Shown here one piece after another: positions 8,748-19,083 of a stretch of DNA of 34,102 nucleotides. Below the pieces are notes generated by a model, which searched no databases, was not told the DNA's origin, and worked only from the letters and a program-made list of their open reading frames with translations. Source of the DNA: Malassezia furfur (Eukaryota); assembly GCA_052055015.1 (NCBI GenBank), contig JBQJIT010000077.1; one strand, given 5' to 3'. Position numbers and translations under genes: made by a program. Within the stretch, counting starts at the first letter, position 1; every line of letters begins with the position of its first letter.

Positions 8748-11288
8748 CTAGTAAATGTTCCAGTGCTTCCGCCACTGCAGCCCGGGCCAGTTGGCAATGT
8801 CGCCCGACATGCCAAACGACACCGCCCGGAACCACCAAAAGACGGCAATGAGCAACGTCCCGAGCCCGACAAACGCGAGGTTCTTGGTGCGCTCCGAGAG
8901 CGGCGTGCCGCGGCACGGCGCACCGGCCGAGTCGCTCAGCTCGACGCCCGCCTTGCCACCCGCCAGGTTGCCCGTGCGCAGGAAGTAGCCCAGGTCGAAG
9001 CGGTACCGCGCCGTGGCGTCGTTCCACACAAAGTGGTCCAGCACGTGGGCAAACACCACCACGGCAAAGTACAGCGTCGGCAGATAGTGGTGAATGTACG
9101 TCACACGGCCCATCACCAGGAACGGCAGGTAGTGCAGCACCCACCCAATCAACCCGACCTTGACCCCGAACAAAAAGTCGTCCCATGCCCGCGGGCCGAG
9201 GTCAAGGATGCGACGCTGCCGGCGCAGCACATACCACACCACCAGCCCCACCACAATGTGCAGAGATAGCGTACTGCCCCACCACACGAACGGGTTGCCA
9301 ATCAAATAGTACTTGTCCTGGTCCGCGCCCCAGCCATTCATGCGCATTCCGCGCCACATCCACGGCCACTCGAGCGGCTTGGAGGCCAGCGAGTCGCTCT
9401 TGTCCGCGTCGGGCACCAGCGCATTGTTCGAGATCATCATTGCGACGTTGAGATGCACAAAGTCCTTCAAGAAGGGCGAGCGGAAGTGCTCCTTGGAACT
9501 CGTCTCCAGACGGTCATTCCAGTGGTTCTCGATGTTCCAGTGCGTAAACTCGTCGTTCGGGTTGTTGTGCGGGTCGCATGCCACCTCGATCTGCTTCCAG
9601 CCCCAGTCAGGCAGCACCACGTGGCCCGCGCGCAGGTAGCACCCGAGCTGCTTGTTCTTGAAGCGCAGGCGCGACGTCAGGGTGCGCACCGGCGAGCCGG
9701 GGTGGCCGCGGCCCAGCTGCATGTCATCGAGCACCTCGACGATCCAGTAGTCGCTGTGCAGGCCTGCCTCGAGCGACCCGGCACCGGACACTTCGTAGTG
9801 CTCCTTGGTGACGGGCGCCTTGAACTCTTTGTGCGCGCGCAGATTCTTGCCCGTCTCGTGGTGGAAGAAGCGGAATGCGTCGCCACTCTTGAGCATGCGC
9901 GGTGGCGGCACGTTGGTGTCGTTCGGGCCGGGCAAGGCCGGCTCCCCGTAGAGCGGTTCGATGATAAACTCGTTGTTCGTGTCCTTGTAGTGGTAGCACG
10001 TAACCTGCTGCTCGCCACTGCCCTCGGGATAAGTCTGGATATGCGAATGAAGCAGGCCACCACCGTAGCCCATGTTCTTAAAGGTCATCTTGCTGCCGTA
10101 CGCCGCTTCCAGCGGGTACTCGGACAACTCACTGCCCTGCAAGTTGCTCTGGAACAGCGAGCTCATCTGGGCATCGCCCGGACCCGTCTTGTACAGGATG
10201 GCAAAGTGCAGCTTGAAGCTCAGCATGTAGATCGCCAGCGGCACCACAATCAGCGCCAGGATGCGCGCGCACCAGTGGCGCAGATAGGTGCGCACAGGCA
10301 TCTTGAGGTCGCCAAACTTGTTCCACAGATCCTCCATCGTGTACAAGCCCACAAGCGAGGTGGCAAACAGGCCGACCATCTTGACACTCGACACACACCC
10401 GATCGATGCCCCGGTGAAGAAAAGCCAGCACCACCATGGCTTGGTGAACGGCTGGTCCTGGAGGCGGTGGAAACGCACCAAGCCCAGCGCGACACACAAC
10501 GTGAACAGGAGCAACATCGAGTCAAGCAGGATGAAGCGCGAGATGGTCAGCCAGCCATTGTCGAGCAGCACCATAAGCGTGAACAGGTGCTTGGTGCGCC
10601 AGTTCCAGTGCATCGATTGCGCGGTGAGGTAGGCCACCGGCACCATCAGAATGCCATACACTGCCATCAAAATGCGCATGCGAATAAACGGCACCTCCTT
10701 CGGATAGTCGTGCCCAGACTCAAACTCAAAGTTACCGTCAAAGCCGCTCAGCACGCCCGCCAAGCTCACCAAAATCTTGCCCAGCGGGGGATGCACGTCA
10801 AAGTAGAACATATGGCGGATGTAGTACGAGCCAAACTTGCCAAAGTGCGCCTCGTCCCACACCACCTTGTGATTGCTGCCGATCCGGTACAGACGCGTAA
10901 TGATCGAGAGTAGCGTATACATCGCCAGCATCACACGGTCGTCCTGCAGGTACGACTGGATCTTTTCCCAGGGGGTCATGGGCGGACGCTGCACCGGGAT
11001 AAGATTGGCGTACTTGGAGACGCGCGAAGAGCGCATTCCTGCCTTCTCTCCTTTTTCGTACGCATCTTGCATACCACCAGAAGGGCTCCGTCGGTGCATG
11101 GGCAACAGTCCGGGGCCGTCACTGACGTTTTCCTGGTCCAATAAACCTCCCGTGTGGTTCGATCGCTCGGGGCTTGTTTCAATAGACAGAGCGTGTGCGT
11201 ATGACCCGGTCTGCCGACTGTGCAGCTGCGATGATTGCCCCGCAGTACTGGTGTAGATGGGCTCTTGAGCGTGTCCACGAGTGGACAT
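8748..11288 (-). CDS. PMT2: Dolichyl-phosphate-mannose:protein O-mannosyltransferase, PMT2 subfamily
   Basis: VVWDEAHFGKFGSYY, FDVHPPLGK, SRFILLDS, MIR domains (LLHSHIQTYPEGSGEQQVTCYHYKDTNN, PMT2-type) and GRVTY.HHYLP. The start at MSTRGHAQ is inferred. Confidence 0.92.
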   Translation of the reverse strand: MSTRGHAQEPIYTSTAGQSSQLHSRQTGSYAHALSIETSPERSNHTGGLLDQENVSDGPGLLPMHRRSPSGGMQDAYEKGEKAGMRSSRVSKYANLIPVQRPPMTPWEKIQSYLQDDRVMLAMYTLLSIITRLYRIGSNHKVVWDEAHFGKFGSYYIRHMFYFDVHPPLGKILVSLAGVLSGFDGNFEFESGHDYPKEVPFIRMRILMAVYGILMVPVAYLTAQSMHWNWRTKHLFTLMVLLDNGWLTISRFILLDSMLLLFTLCVALGLVRFHRLQDQPFTKPWWCWLFFTGASIGCVSSVKMVGLFATSLVGLYTMEDLWNKFGDLKMPVRTYLRHWCARILALIVVPLAIYMLSFKLHFAILYKTGPGDAQMSSLFQSNLQGSELSEYPLEAAYGSKMTFKNMGYGGGLLHSHIQTYPEGSGEQQVTCYHYKDTNNEFIIEPLYGEPALPGPNDTNVPPPRMLKSGDAFRFFHHETGKNLRAHKEFKAPVTKEHYEVSGAGSLEAGLHSDYWIVEVLDDMQLGRGHPGSPVRTLTSRLRFKNKQLGCYLRAGHVVLPDWGWKQIEVACDPHNNPNDEFTHWNIENHWNDRLETSSKEHFRSPFLKDFVHLNVAMMISNNALVPDADKSDSLASKPLEWPWMWRGMRMNGWGADQDKYYLIGNPFVWWGSTLSLHIVVGLVVWYVLRRQRRILDLGPRAWDDFLFGVKVGLIGWVLHYLPFLVMGRVTYIHHYLPTLYFAVVVFAHVLDHFVWNDATARYRFDLGYFLRTGNLAGGKAGVELSDSAGAPCRGTPLSERTKNLAFVGLGTLLIAVFWWFRAVSFGMSGDIANWPGLQWRKHWNIY

Positions 11289-11365
11289 CCCGGGGCAACT
11301 GCTTACACCGTCTGGCAAGAAGGCGCGGAGACCTCCACTGCGTACATCGACTCCACGTTCCAGGG

Positions 11366-11383
11366 CCACGTGTGCACACGTGG
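11366..11383. promoter_or_regulatory. Perfect 18-bp palindrome containing two CACGTG E-boxes upstream of PMT2
   Basis: ccacgtgtgcacacgtgg is its own reverse complement and lies ~80-95 bp upstream of the PMT2 ATG. Confidence 0.45.
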
Positions 11384-11992
11384 AAAAGCAACAACGGTAC
11401 GCGTCGGTGCGCAGAGCCACAAAACCGGAAAGGTGACAGCGACACAAAAATTCGCTTCAATCCCTTGGTCGGTCTGCAGAAATGCAAACGCATGGGGTAG
11501 TCGGCTGCGATAGTGTAATGATTGCTAGTATACAATCGGCACATGGGCTACTTTCATGCGCGACGCGGGATGCATAGGAGTGTCAACGTGTGCATGGATG
11601 TAGCACAAGCTGGATCTCTATGAGATTCAGAGGGGCTGCGTGATCGTAATACCGCTGCAGTGAGCTGGATAGTTTTTGCTGCGCGACATGCGTTGTAGGC
11701 GGGCATGGATCGACCAAAAGTTTCCGTCTATTACCGAGGACAGAACCAGGATTGTTCCGGCCAACGCCTACGAAATTCCATCCGACCCATTTAAAAAGCC
11801 CCATCGACCAGGAAAGTTGACACACACTGCCTTTTTTTCGTGGACCCTCGCATGCCTACCGGCTGTCAACCCAATGAGTGGGCGCCTGTCCAGTCGAAGT
11901 GACAATTTAATTTTCTCACGTGGAGGTATGCTCCGTGGGGCGCCATAACTTTTCACCTCTCCTCGTGTGGCTGAGCAACGCGTGCGTCGAGT

Positions 11993-13471
11993 ATGTCCTC
12001 CGCGAACCCGGCTCTTAGTGAGCCCGCATCGCAGATGAAACCGACGGCTGCGCCATCCTGTAATTGCTCGCCTCCGTGCATGCACCCACACGATGCAATC
12101 GGAGGGGCCCTCTATGAGGATCCAGAGCGCTTTGCCGAGCCTCAGTCGCTCCTCAACCGCCCGCCGGCGCAGCAGCCATGGCACCGGCGTATCGAGTCGG
12201 AGTGTAAGCGTATCACGATGAATTTTCCGCCCAGTTGGTTCACGGTAGTCATGGGTACGAGTATTTCGTCGTCGCTGCTGTACGCCTTCCCCTATCAGGC
12301 ACGGTGGCTGCACTACCTCTCGTATATCATCTTTGCGCTGGCCGTTTTCTTTTTCGTTTTGTTCTTTACGATCAGTCTCGTGCGCTACATCCGCTGGCCC
12401 GGACTGATCCGGTTGATGCTACAGCACCCCCAGCAATCCATGTTCCTGGGAGCATTTGCCGTCGGTTTCGACGCCGTGGTCAACCTGTGTGCAACAATCA
12501 TCTGCCCGCATTGGGGCTACAACTTTACCTTGTTTGTCTGGGCACTGTGGATGGCGGCGTCGATTGTGAGTTTGGCGGTGGGCATTGGCATGCCTATCAT
12601 CCAATTTACCCGGCATGAACATTCGCTCTCGACTGTCACCGGCATCATGCTGCTTCCTGTGGTGGGCCCGATCGTTGCTGCCGCTGCCGGAGCGAATGTC
12701 GCCGAGGTGTTACCACACGAACATGCTCGGTTTACCATCTGTGTTTCCTACATCATGCTGGGAACCGGCTTTACGATGGCGATGCTGACGCTCGGCATGT
12801 TCTACGCGCGCTTGACGATTCATAAGATCCCGCAAACTGCACTGACCGTGACCATCTTTTTGCCGCTCGGTCCTTTGGGCCAGACCAATTATGCGCTCTT
12901 GCGACTTGCGACCGTGCTGTTGAAGCTCACGCGTGAATCGGGCGCGGCGTTTGCCGGCCCCTCCGAGTTCCCTCCAAACGAGGCGCACATGATGGCACTG
13001 GCTGTGTACGGCGTATCGATTGCCTGCGGGCTCATGCTGTGGGGCTTCGCGCTGGTGTGGCTGCTCATCGCCATTAGTCTGCTAACGGATATGTGGCTCG
13101 TTTCGAGGCTCACGTTCAACCTTGGCTGGTGGGGCTTCACGTTCCCCCTAGGCACGTTCTGCGCGGCGACTGGGCAGCTCGCCAAGATGTTCAATTCGGG
13201 GGCATTCCGTGTGCTAGGCTCCTTCTTCTCCGTGTCCGAGGTCGTACTATGGCTCGGCATATTGCTCATGACGCTGTATCGCGCCATTCAGGGAGAGATC
13301 TTTGTTGCCCCATGCTTGCTCGAGGCAGGGGGTACGCCGCCCAAGGGCGGGTGTTTCTCCCTCGAGCGCCGCTACCAATACGAGCCGCGCAATGCCGCAT
13401 GTGCAAAGAAGTGTGCATCGGATGAGAAAACGCCCTCAAAGGATGACTCCAGTGAATCACAAAACAGTTGA
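11993..13471 (+). CDS. TDT/SLAC1-family anion channel, SSU1 sulfite-efflux / Mae1 dicarboxylate-transporter-like (copy 1)
   Basis: F.PSWFTVVMGT, HPQQSMFLGAF..G, IFLPLGPLGQ, FNLGWWGFTFPLG and about ten hydrophobic segments. Confidence 0.9.
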   Translation: MSSANPALSEPASQMKPTAAPSCNCSPPCMHPHDAIGGALYEDPERFAEPQSLLNRPPAQQPWHRRIESECKRITMNFPPSWFTVVMGTSISSSLLYAFPYQARWLHYLSYIIFALAVFFFVLFFTISLVRYIRWPGLIRLMLQHPQQSMFLGAFAVGFDAVVNLCATIICPHWGYNFTLFVWALWMAASIVSLAVGIGMPIIQFTRHEHSLSTVTGIMLLPVVGPIVAAAAGANVAEVLPHEHARFTICVSYIMLGTGFTMAMLTLGMFYARLTIHKIPQTALTVTIFLPLGPLGQTNYALLRLATVLLKLTRESGAAFAGPSEFPPNEAHMMALAVYGVSIACGLMLWGFALVWLLIAISLLTDMWLVSRLTFNLGWWGFTFPLGTFCAATGQLAKMFNSGAFRVLGSFFSVSEVVLWLGILLMTLYRAIQGEIFVAPCLLEAGGTPPKGGCFSLERRYQYEPRNAACAKKCASDEKTPSKDDSSESQNS

Positions 13472-13870
13472 GCTAATGGGGATTCCTTGGATAGTGACAG
13501 ACATTTAAACTGCTACCGTGGGTGCACGGAGTGTGCCAAGCAATTTCTTCGCATTGTGTGCCAATCTGCCGAGTGTTCTTCCGATTTGACCACGTGCGAC
13601 AGACCCAGCTTGCACGGGATACTGGCAATCTTGGTGCATCATGGCGCGCAGTGGTTCAGAATAGGAACGTATCTAGATGGATTCACTATAAACCGAGTCG
13701 ATTGACGCGCCATTGGCACTTGGGTTTTTTTTTCTCCTCGCAAAATACGGCGTGGCAAGCCGGTAACCCCACCCTAGTAAGATGAATTAAGTGGCCCATG
13801 CGACGTCCCGAACCGTGTTTTCCACGTGCAACTCAGATCCGCTTTTAGTACAACCGGGCGAGGGCCAACG

Positions 13871-15163
13871 ATGAAGCAGGCCGAGCCTTCGACTCATGCG
13901 CATTGGGACGCATCGGGGAGAGCGCAGGAAGAGGAGGACACTGACATGGAGCGCACGTACGGCCAAAGGACCCTCGCAGAGTCCGGCAAAGACGACAAGA
14001 GGTGGCGAGATCGACTCGGTGATGAAGCCAAGCGCATGAGCAAAAGTTTCCCACCCAGCTGGTTTATGGTGGTGATGGGTACGAGTACAACATCAGCACA
14101 ACTTTTCAAATTCCCTTACGATGCGAGATGGCTGCATTACCTCTCCTACATCATTTACGGGCTCGCCATCTTCTTCTTCGTGTTGTTTGTGGTGCTCGCC
14201 CTAATCCAGTGCATCCAGAAGCCACGCATTGTACGCTATTTCCTCGAGCACCCCGAAAAGGCCATGTTCCTCGGTGCCTTTGCCATTGCCTTCGCTTCCA
14301 TCATCGACTCGTGCGCCACAATTATCAATTCGACGTGGGGGTACAGCTTCACGCTGTTTTTGTGGGCCGTATGGATGGGTGCCACGCTGGTGAGCTTGGC
14401 CATTGGTGTGGGTTTGCCCATCGTGCAGTTCGTTAGCAGTGAGGTCATGGATTCGACCACGAGTGGCTCCATGCTGCTCCCCATGATCGGCCCCATTGTT
14501 GCGGCCGGCGCCGGTGCAGCCATAGCCGACCTGCTGCCGCCTGCCCATGCACGCTTTACGATCTGTGTGTCGTATGTGGTGATGGGGACCGGATTTGTCA
14601 TGTCCCTGTTGACTTTGGGCCAATACTTCAACCGCTTGTTGGCGCATGAAATTCCCATGTCGTCCTTGACGACAACCATCTTCTTGCCGCTGGGTACGAT
14701 GGGCCAGTCCAACTTTTCGCTGCTGCGCCTCGCACTGCAGTTGCTCAAGCTCACACGATTGTCGGGCGCCGCCTTTGTAGGCATCTCGGAATTCCCGCCG
14801 GAGCAAGCCGAGACGATGGCGCTGAGTGTGTACGGCGGGTCGATCGCCATTGGCCTGATGATCTGGGGCCTGTCTCTCTTTTGGCTGATCATTGCAGTGA
14901 GCATGCTGATCCGAATGTGGTATACGTCGCGCCTGTCATTCAGTGTGGGATAGTGGGCATTTACGTTCCCGCTCGGCACGTTCTGTGCATCGACGTCCAT
15001 TTTGGCTGCCATGTTCAACTCGGAGGCATTCCGCGTGATGGGCTCCTTGTTTGCCGTGGCAGAAATTGTCGTGTGGCTCGGTGTACTGTTCCGGACCGTC
15101 TACCAATTGTTCCAGGGCGACGTGGTGTCGCCCTGCCACATTGACATCGAAAAGGATGCGTAA
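13871..15163 (+). pseudogene. Tandem paralog of the SSU1/TDT transporter with an in-frame TAG at 14951-14953 (candidate pseudogene, null allele or sequence error)
   Basis: Collinear with copy 1 throughout. FSVG*WAFTFPLGTFC matches FNLGWWGFTFPLGTFC, and the frame continues for 69 more homologous codons to TAA at 15161-15163. Confidence 0.8.
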
Positions 15164-15290
15164 CCTCGCTCGCTCCTGCCCCTCAGGGATTGGTTTCGAT
15201 GGCTATGGGACGTGTAAACCCGATATCCTGTGGGCCAGGTGCGCTGCAGGACATGCGCAATACAAGAGGACGCTTGTGCGGGGGGTCTCA

Positions 15291-15908
15291 TTACAGCCAC
15301 GCAAACTGGTCCCACGAGATGGGGGTAGAGCTGTCCGGCCCGAATGCGGCCGGTCCTAAAAATACATCACGGAGGGGCGTCGACGTCGGCGATGGGGTAC
15401 GCGGCTCGGCCTCGAGTGCCTCATACGATCCTTGGGGTATCCCGTCCAAACGGGGCTTTGCCGGATACACGGGCAGGGCCTGCAGGGAAGGAGCGTACCA
15501 AGGTGCGCGATCGCAGGCGGCCTCGAGGAGACGTAGCTGCGTCTCCAGTCCCGAGCACCGGTCCTCCAGCCGTTGAATGTATTTTTCGGGATCGGCGGGA
15601 ATGCGGGGCTGGAGGGAACGGCTGCACGTTACATTGGCCCGCGTGCAGGACGCGCATTGGGGCCAGTGGTCGTCGCAGCGGCGTTTGGTAGCGCGACACC
15701 GCTCGCATGCCTGGGAGGCCCGCTTTCGATACGGCGGTGTACACGCAAGCTCCCGCGAGTGGTTCCGTTTATGGTTCGTGTGACCAAGCATCGTGCACAA
15801 CGGGAGGCCCAGAACGGTGAGCCCAGTGTGTGGTCCGCTTGGCAATCTGCGTAGTCTCTTTGGCCTGATATACCCCGACGCCGCAGGTTGCATCACGTTG
15901 TGCTGCAT
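15291..15908 (-). CDS. Short Zn(II)2Cys6 binuclear-cluster protein (DNA-binding plus dimerisation region only); start may be at 15791
   Basis: RKRASQACERCRATKRRCDDHWPQCASCTRANVTC (CX2CX6CX6CX2CX6C) followed by YIQRLEDRCSGLETQLR coiled coil, in a Ppr1-like arrangement. Confidence 0.8.
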   Translation of the reverse strand: MQHNVMQPAASGYIRPKRLRRLPSGPHTGLTVLGLPLCTMLGHTNHKRNHSRELACTPPYRKRASQACERCRATKRRCDDHWPQCASCTRANVTCSRSLQPRIPADPEKYIQRLEDRCSGLETQLRLLEAACDRAPWYAPSLQALPVYPAKPRLDGIPQGSYEALEAEPRTPSPTSTPLRDVFLGPAAFGPDSSTPISWDQFAWL

Positions 15909-16242
15909 GCAAGTGGATCGGCCCGAGCCGTAGCCCCCCTGGTGTCATGCACTGTTCGCACCCGTCGCAGCCGTACAGTCGACGGAGCCAGCACGCGTAT
16001 GCCCCGTGTGGGGTGCGGTGGGTCGCGACCCTTGCAGGCGTCGCGATGAGAGGCCGACACCGTGCGGGCCGCACCAGTCGCGGACGCACTTGCCCCTCCG
16101 CGGACTCGTAATCATTTTGGACCTGCGCTAGAGCTGTGGAGGACCCAAAGCGGCTATAGTACTAATGGTGCGCTGTGCGCAATCGACGATACGGCCAAGG
16201 ACCGCTCCTTCTCCCGCGCAAGCGAACGCGCAAAAGACGAGA

Positions 16243-17526
16243 TTAGATCAGGTCTGCGACGTTCAGAGGCATCTCCTCGACCTGGGTGTTGTAGAACTGC
16301 TCAATGTCGCGCATCATGCGGACGTCCTCATCCGTCACAAAGTTGATGGCCACACCCTTACGACCGAAACGACCACCACGACCGATACGGTGGATGTAGT
16401 TCTCCCGGTTGGTGGGCAGGTCGTAGTTGATGACCAGCGACACCTGCTGGACATCGATACCACGCGCGAGCAGATCGGTGGTGATCAGCACACGCGACGA
16501 GCCCGAGCGGAACTCGCGCATAATGACCTCACGCTGCTGCTGGTCCATGTCACCGTGCATCGCCGAGACGGTGAACTCCTTGGCGTGCAGCTGCTCGGTG
16601 AGCCAGTCGACCTTGCGGCGGGTGTTGCAGAAGATGACCGCCTGGGTGATGGTCACCGTCTCGTACAGGTCGGTGAGCGTCTCAAACTTCCAGTCCTCCT
16701 TCTCGACGGCAATGTAGAACTGCTTGATACCCTCAAGCGTCAGCTCGTCGCGCTTGACGAGAATACGGACGGGGTCACGCATAAACTTCTTCGTGACCGC
16801 CAGCACCTCCTCGGGCATCGTGGCCGAGAGCAGCACGACCTGGGTGTCCTGCGGGAGCAGCTGGAACACCTCGTACATCTGGTCCTTGAAACCGCGCGAA
16901 AGCATCTCGTCGGCCTCGTCCAAGCAGAACATCTTGAGGTGGTCCGTACGGAACGCGCGGCGGTTGATCATATCGTACACACGGCCGGGCGTACCGACCA
17001 CAACCTGCGCGCCATCGCCAAGGCGCGCCATATCCTCACGCACATTGGTACCACCAATGCACGCGTGGCACTGAATGTTCATGTAGTCACCCAACGCCAC
17101 CACGACGTTCTGGATCTGCTGCGCCAACTCACGGGTGGGGGCCAGCACCAGCGCCTGGACCGCCTTCAGGTTGGGGTCAATGCGCTGCAGAATGGCAACC
17201 GAGAAGGTCGCCGTCTTACCCGTACCCGACTGGGCCTGGGCAATCACATCGTGGCCCTTGATGATCGGCACGATGGCGCGCGACTGAATCGCCGAGGGGC
17301 GCTCAAAACTGGCATAAGTTACACCACTCGCTCAACGTACCCGTATGCAAAGACACCACGGAGGAGCTCGGGGGCGAGGCCCATGTTGTCGAAGTTGTCG
17401 TGCACCTCATCCCAGTTCGACTGGATCTCACCATCGGTGATCTGCACGTCCGAGGCAGGGGGCTGCTGCGTCTCCTCAGGCCTGCGTGGTTAGTCGCGCG
17501 CACACAACGCGTACGTACTTAGACAT
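16243..17526 (-). CDS. TIF1: Translation initiation factor eIF4A DEAD-box helicase; introns 17518-17482 (37 nt) and 17340-17309 (32 nt)
   Basis: [48 protein letters not shown] and a C-terminal [11 protein letters not shown]. Confidence 0.97.
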
Positions 17527-17764
17527 GTTGTTCAAAAGTAGCTCAGAAAAACTTCTTCACGCAGAAGAAGTCGTACAATCAGATGGGGTCAATTCAACGG
17601 TGCACCAGGAGCACCTGCTGAAGAAAGCTGTAGGAAACCTGCGCTCGCCTGTGGCGGGTGAAATTTTCACTGGAATACGCAAACTATTTTCCGGGTTGCC
17701 CCGTCGTCTTCGCATGTACTTCCACGTGATCCATGCACGCGTCATCCCCCACGTGGCTCCCTGC

Positions 17765-18949
17765 TTAGTCGTCCCAGCCGTGCATCCGGCCCCGAGGGGC
17801 ACGGACGGAGCCCCGCCCGCGGATCCGCGCGTCCTCGCCCGCATCGCGAACGGGCGACGCAGAGCGGCTCCGGCGCCGCGATCCATCGTCGTCATCGCGC
17901 CTGCTCTCGCCGATCCGGTCAAGCAGGGAACGCGGCGTATAGTCCTCGTCGTCCCAGGCGTGCCCCGCACCGCGTAGCTCTTCGCGTGGCTGCGTGTACG
18001 GATCGTGCTCCTCGTAGCGCCGTTCCGACGGGAAAAGCTCGTCCCGACCACGGCGCCGGCGCCGACCACCCGCATGCTCGCCGACGTTCAGGAGACGCGG
18101 CACCACCTCTTTGCCCGCACCACGTCCATGCTGCCGGTACCAGTTGCTTCGCTGCGCGGAACGCGGCGCCTTGGTATCATGGTGCGCGAGGGCAAAGCGG
18201 ATCCATAGACTCTGTCGCAGCTGCTTGATGCGGCGTAGATCGCGCGAAAATGTCTTGCGCTCCAGCTCCTCTAGCTCCATGTCGCGGTAGATTTCGGGCA
18301 CGGGCTCCGTGCCGCTGTCGAGCCTCGCGCGCGCCTCAGCGAGCTTGGCTTCAGCCTCGGGAAGCTCGGCAATCGACTGCTGCTCAATGGTATTGTACAA
18401 TTGACTCGGGAAGGCCATCGCAAGGCGCGGCGTCAACAGCGCCGCTTGCGCCTCGTTCAGCGGGTCCTCGACTGCGTCGACAGACGCCAGTTCGGACGGC
18501 GCCGGCGGTGCCGGCTCGTCGCTCATTTCAGACTCGCTCCGCGGCAGCTGTATCCGCTGCAGACCAGCCAGCGCATCACCGTACGAGTCAAACACCAGCA
18601 CACAGCGCGTGTCGCTGATCCATTCGATGCCGCGCGCACGCGAGCCCGTGTGGGCGACGTAGGCCATCAGGCGCGACGTCGATAGCTGACTGATAGGCTC
18701 GCCCTCCAAATGCAGCGCCTCGATGCGCAGTTTCTCGCCGCTCTCAAACGGAGGACGCGGGGGGCCCACACCAGGCTCCGGAATTTCCTGCTCCTGTGGC
18801 TTGTCCATGACCTCCTCCTCGACACGCTCGGCAGCCGCATCACGGGCAAGCTCCTCCGGGATCTCGTACAGGATGCGACGAGGGCCCTCGGCCTCCTCCT
18901 GCGTCGAGGGCGCGTCATCGCGCGTGTTCATCACGTCTTCTTCGTCCAT
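17765..18949 (-). CDS. Nuclear cap-binding protein subunit 3-like (DUF2414, RRM-like) protein
   Basis: EALHL.G...SQLST..L.AY, IEWISDT.C.LVF and LWIRFA....D.K.PRSAQRS.WY motifs, plus an acidic N-terminus and an RS/RD-rich tail. Confidence 0.75.
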   Translation of the reverse strand: MDEEDVMNTRDDAPSTQEEAEGPRRILYEIPEELARDAAAERVEEEVMDKPQEQEIPEPGVGPPRPPFESGEKLRIEALHLEGEPISQLSTSRLMAYVAHTGSRARGIEWISDTRCVLVFDSYGDALAGLQRIQLPRSESEMSDEPAPPAPSELASVDAVEDPLNEAQAALLTPRLAMAFPSQLYNTIEQQSIAELPEAEAKLAEARARLDSGTEPVPEIYRDMELEELERKTFSRDLRRIKQLRQSLWIRFALAHHDTKAPRSAQRSNWYRQHGRGAGKEVVPRLLNVGEHAGGRRRRRGRDELFPSERRYEEHDPYTQPREELRGAGHAWDDEDYTPRSLLDRIGESRRDDDDGSRRRSRSASPVRDAGEDARIRGRGSVRAPRGRMHGWDD

Positions 18950-19083
18950 GCTCGCGGAAGCGAAGGCACCGTCTGACTAAGCAAAATTGCCCGCGATAAA
19001 GCTCGCCTAGGCGCGTTTCGTCGCCTGATAAGCCGGCGGGCGATTCGAATTCGTCGTTCGTACCTGAGACGTGGTCACGGGCG

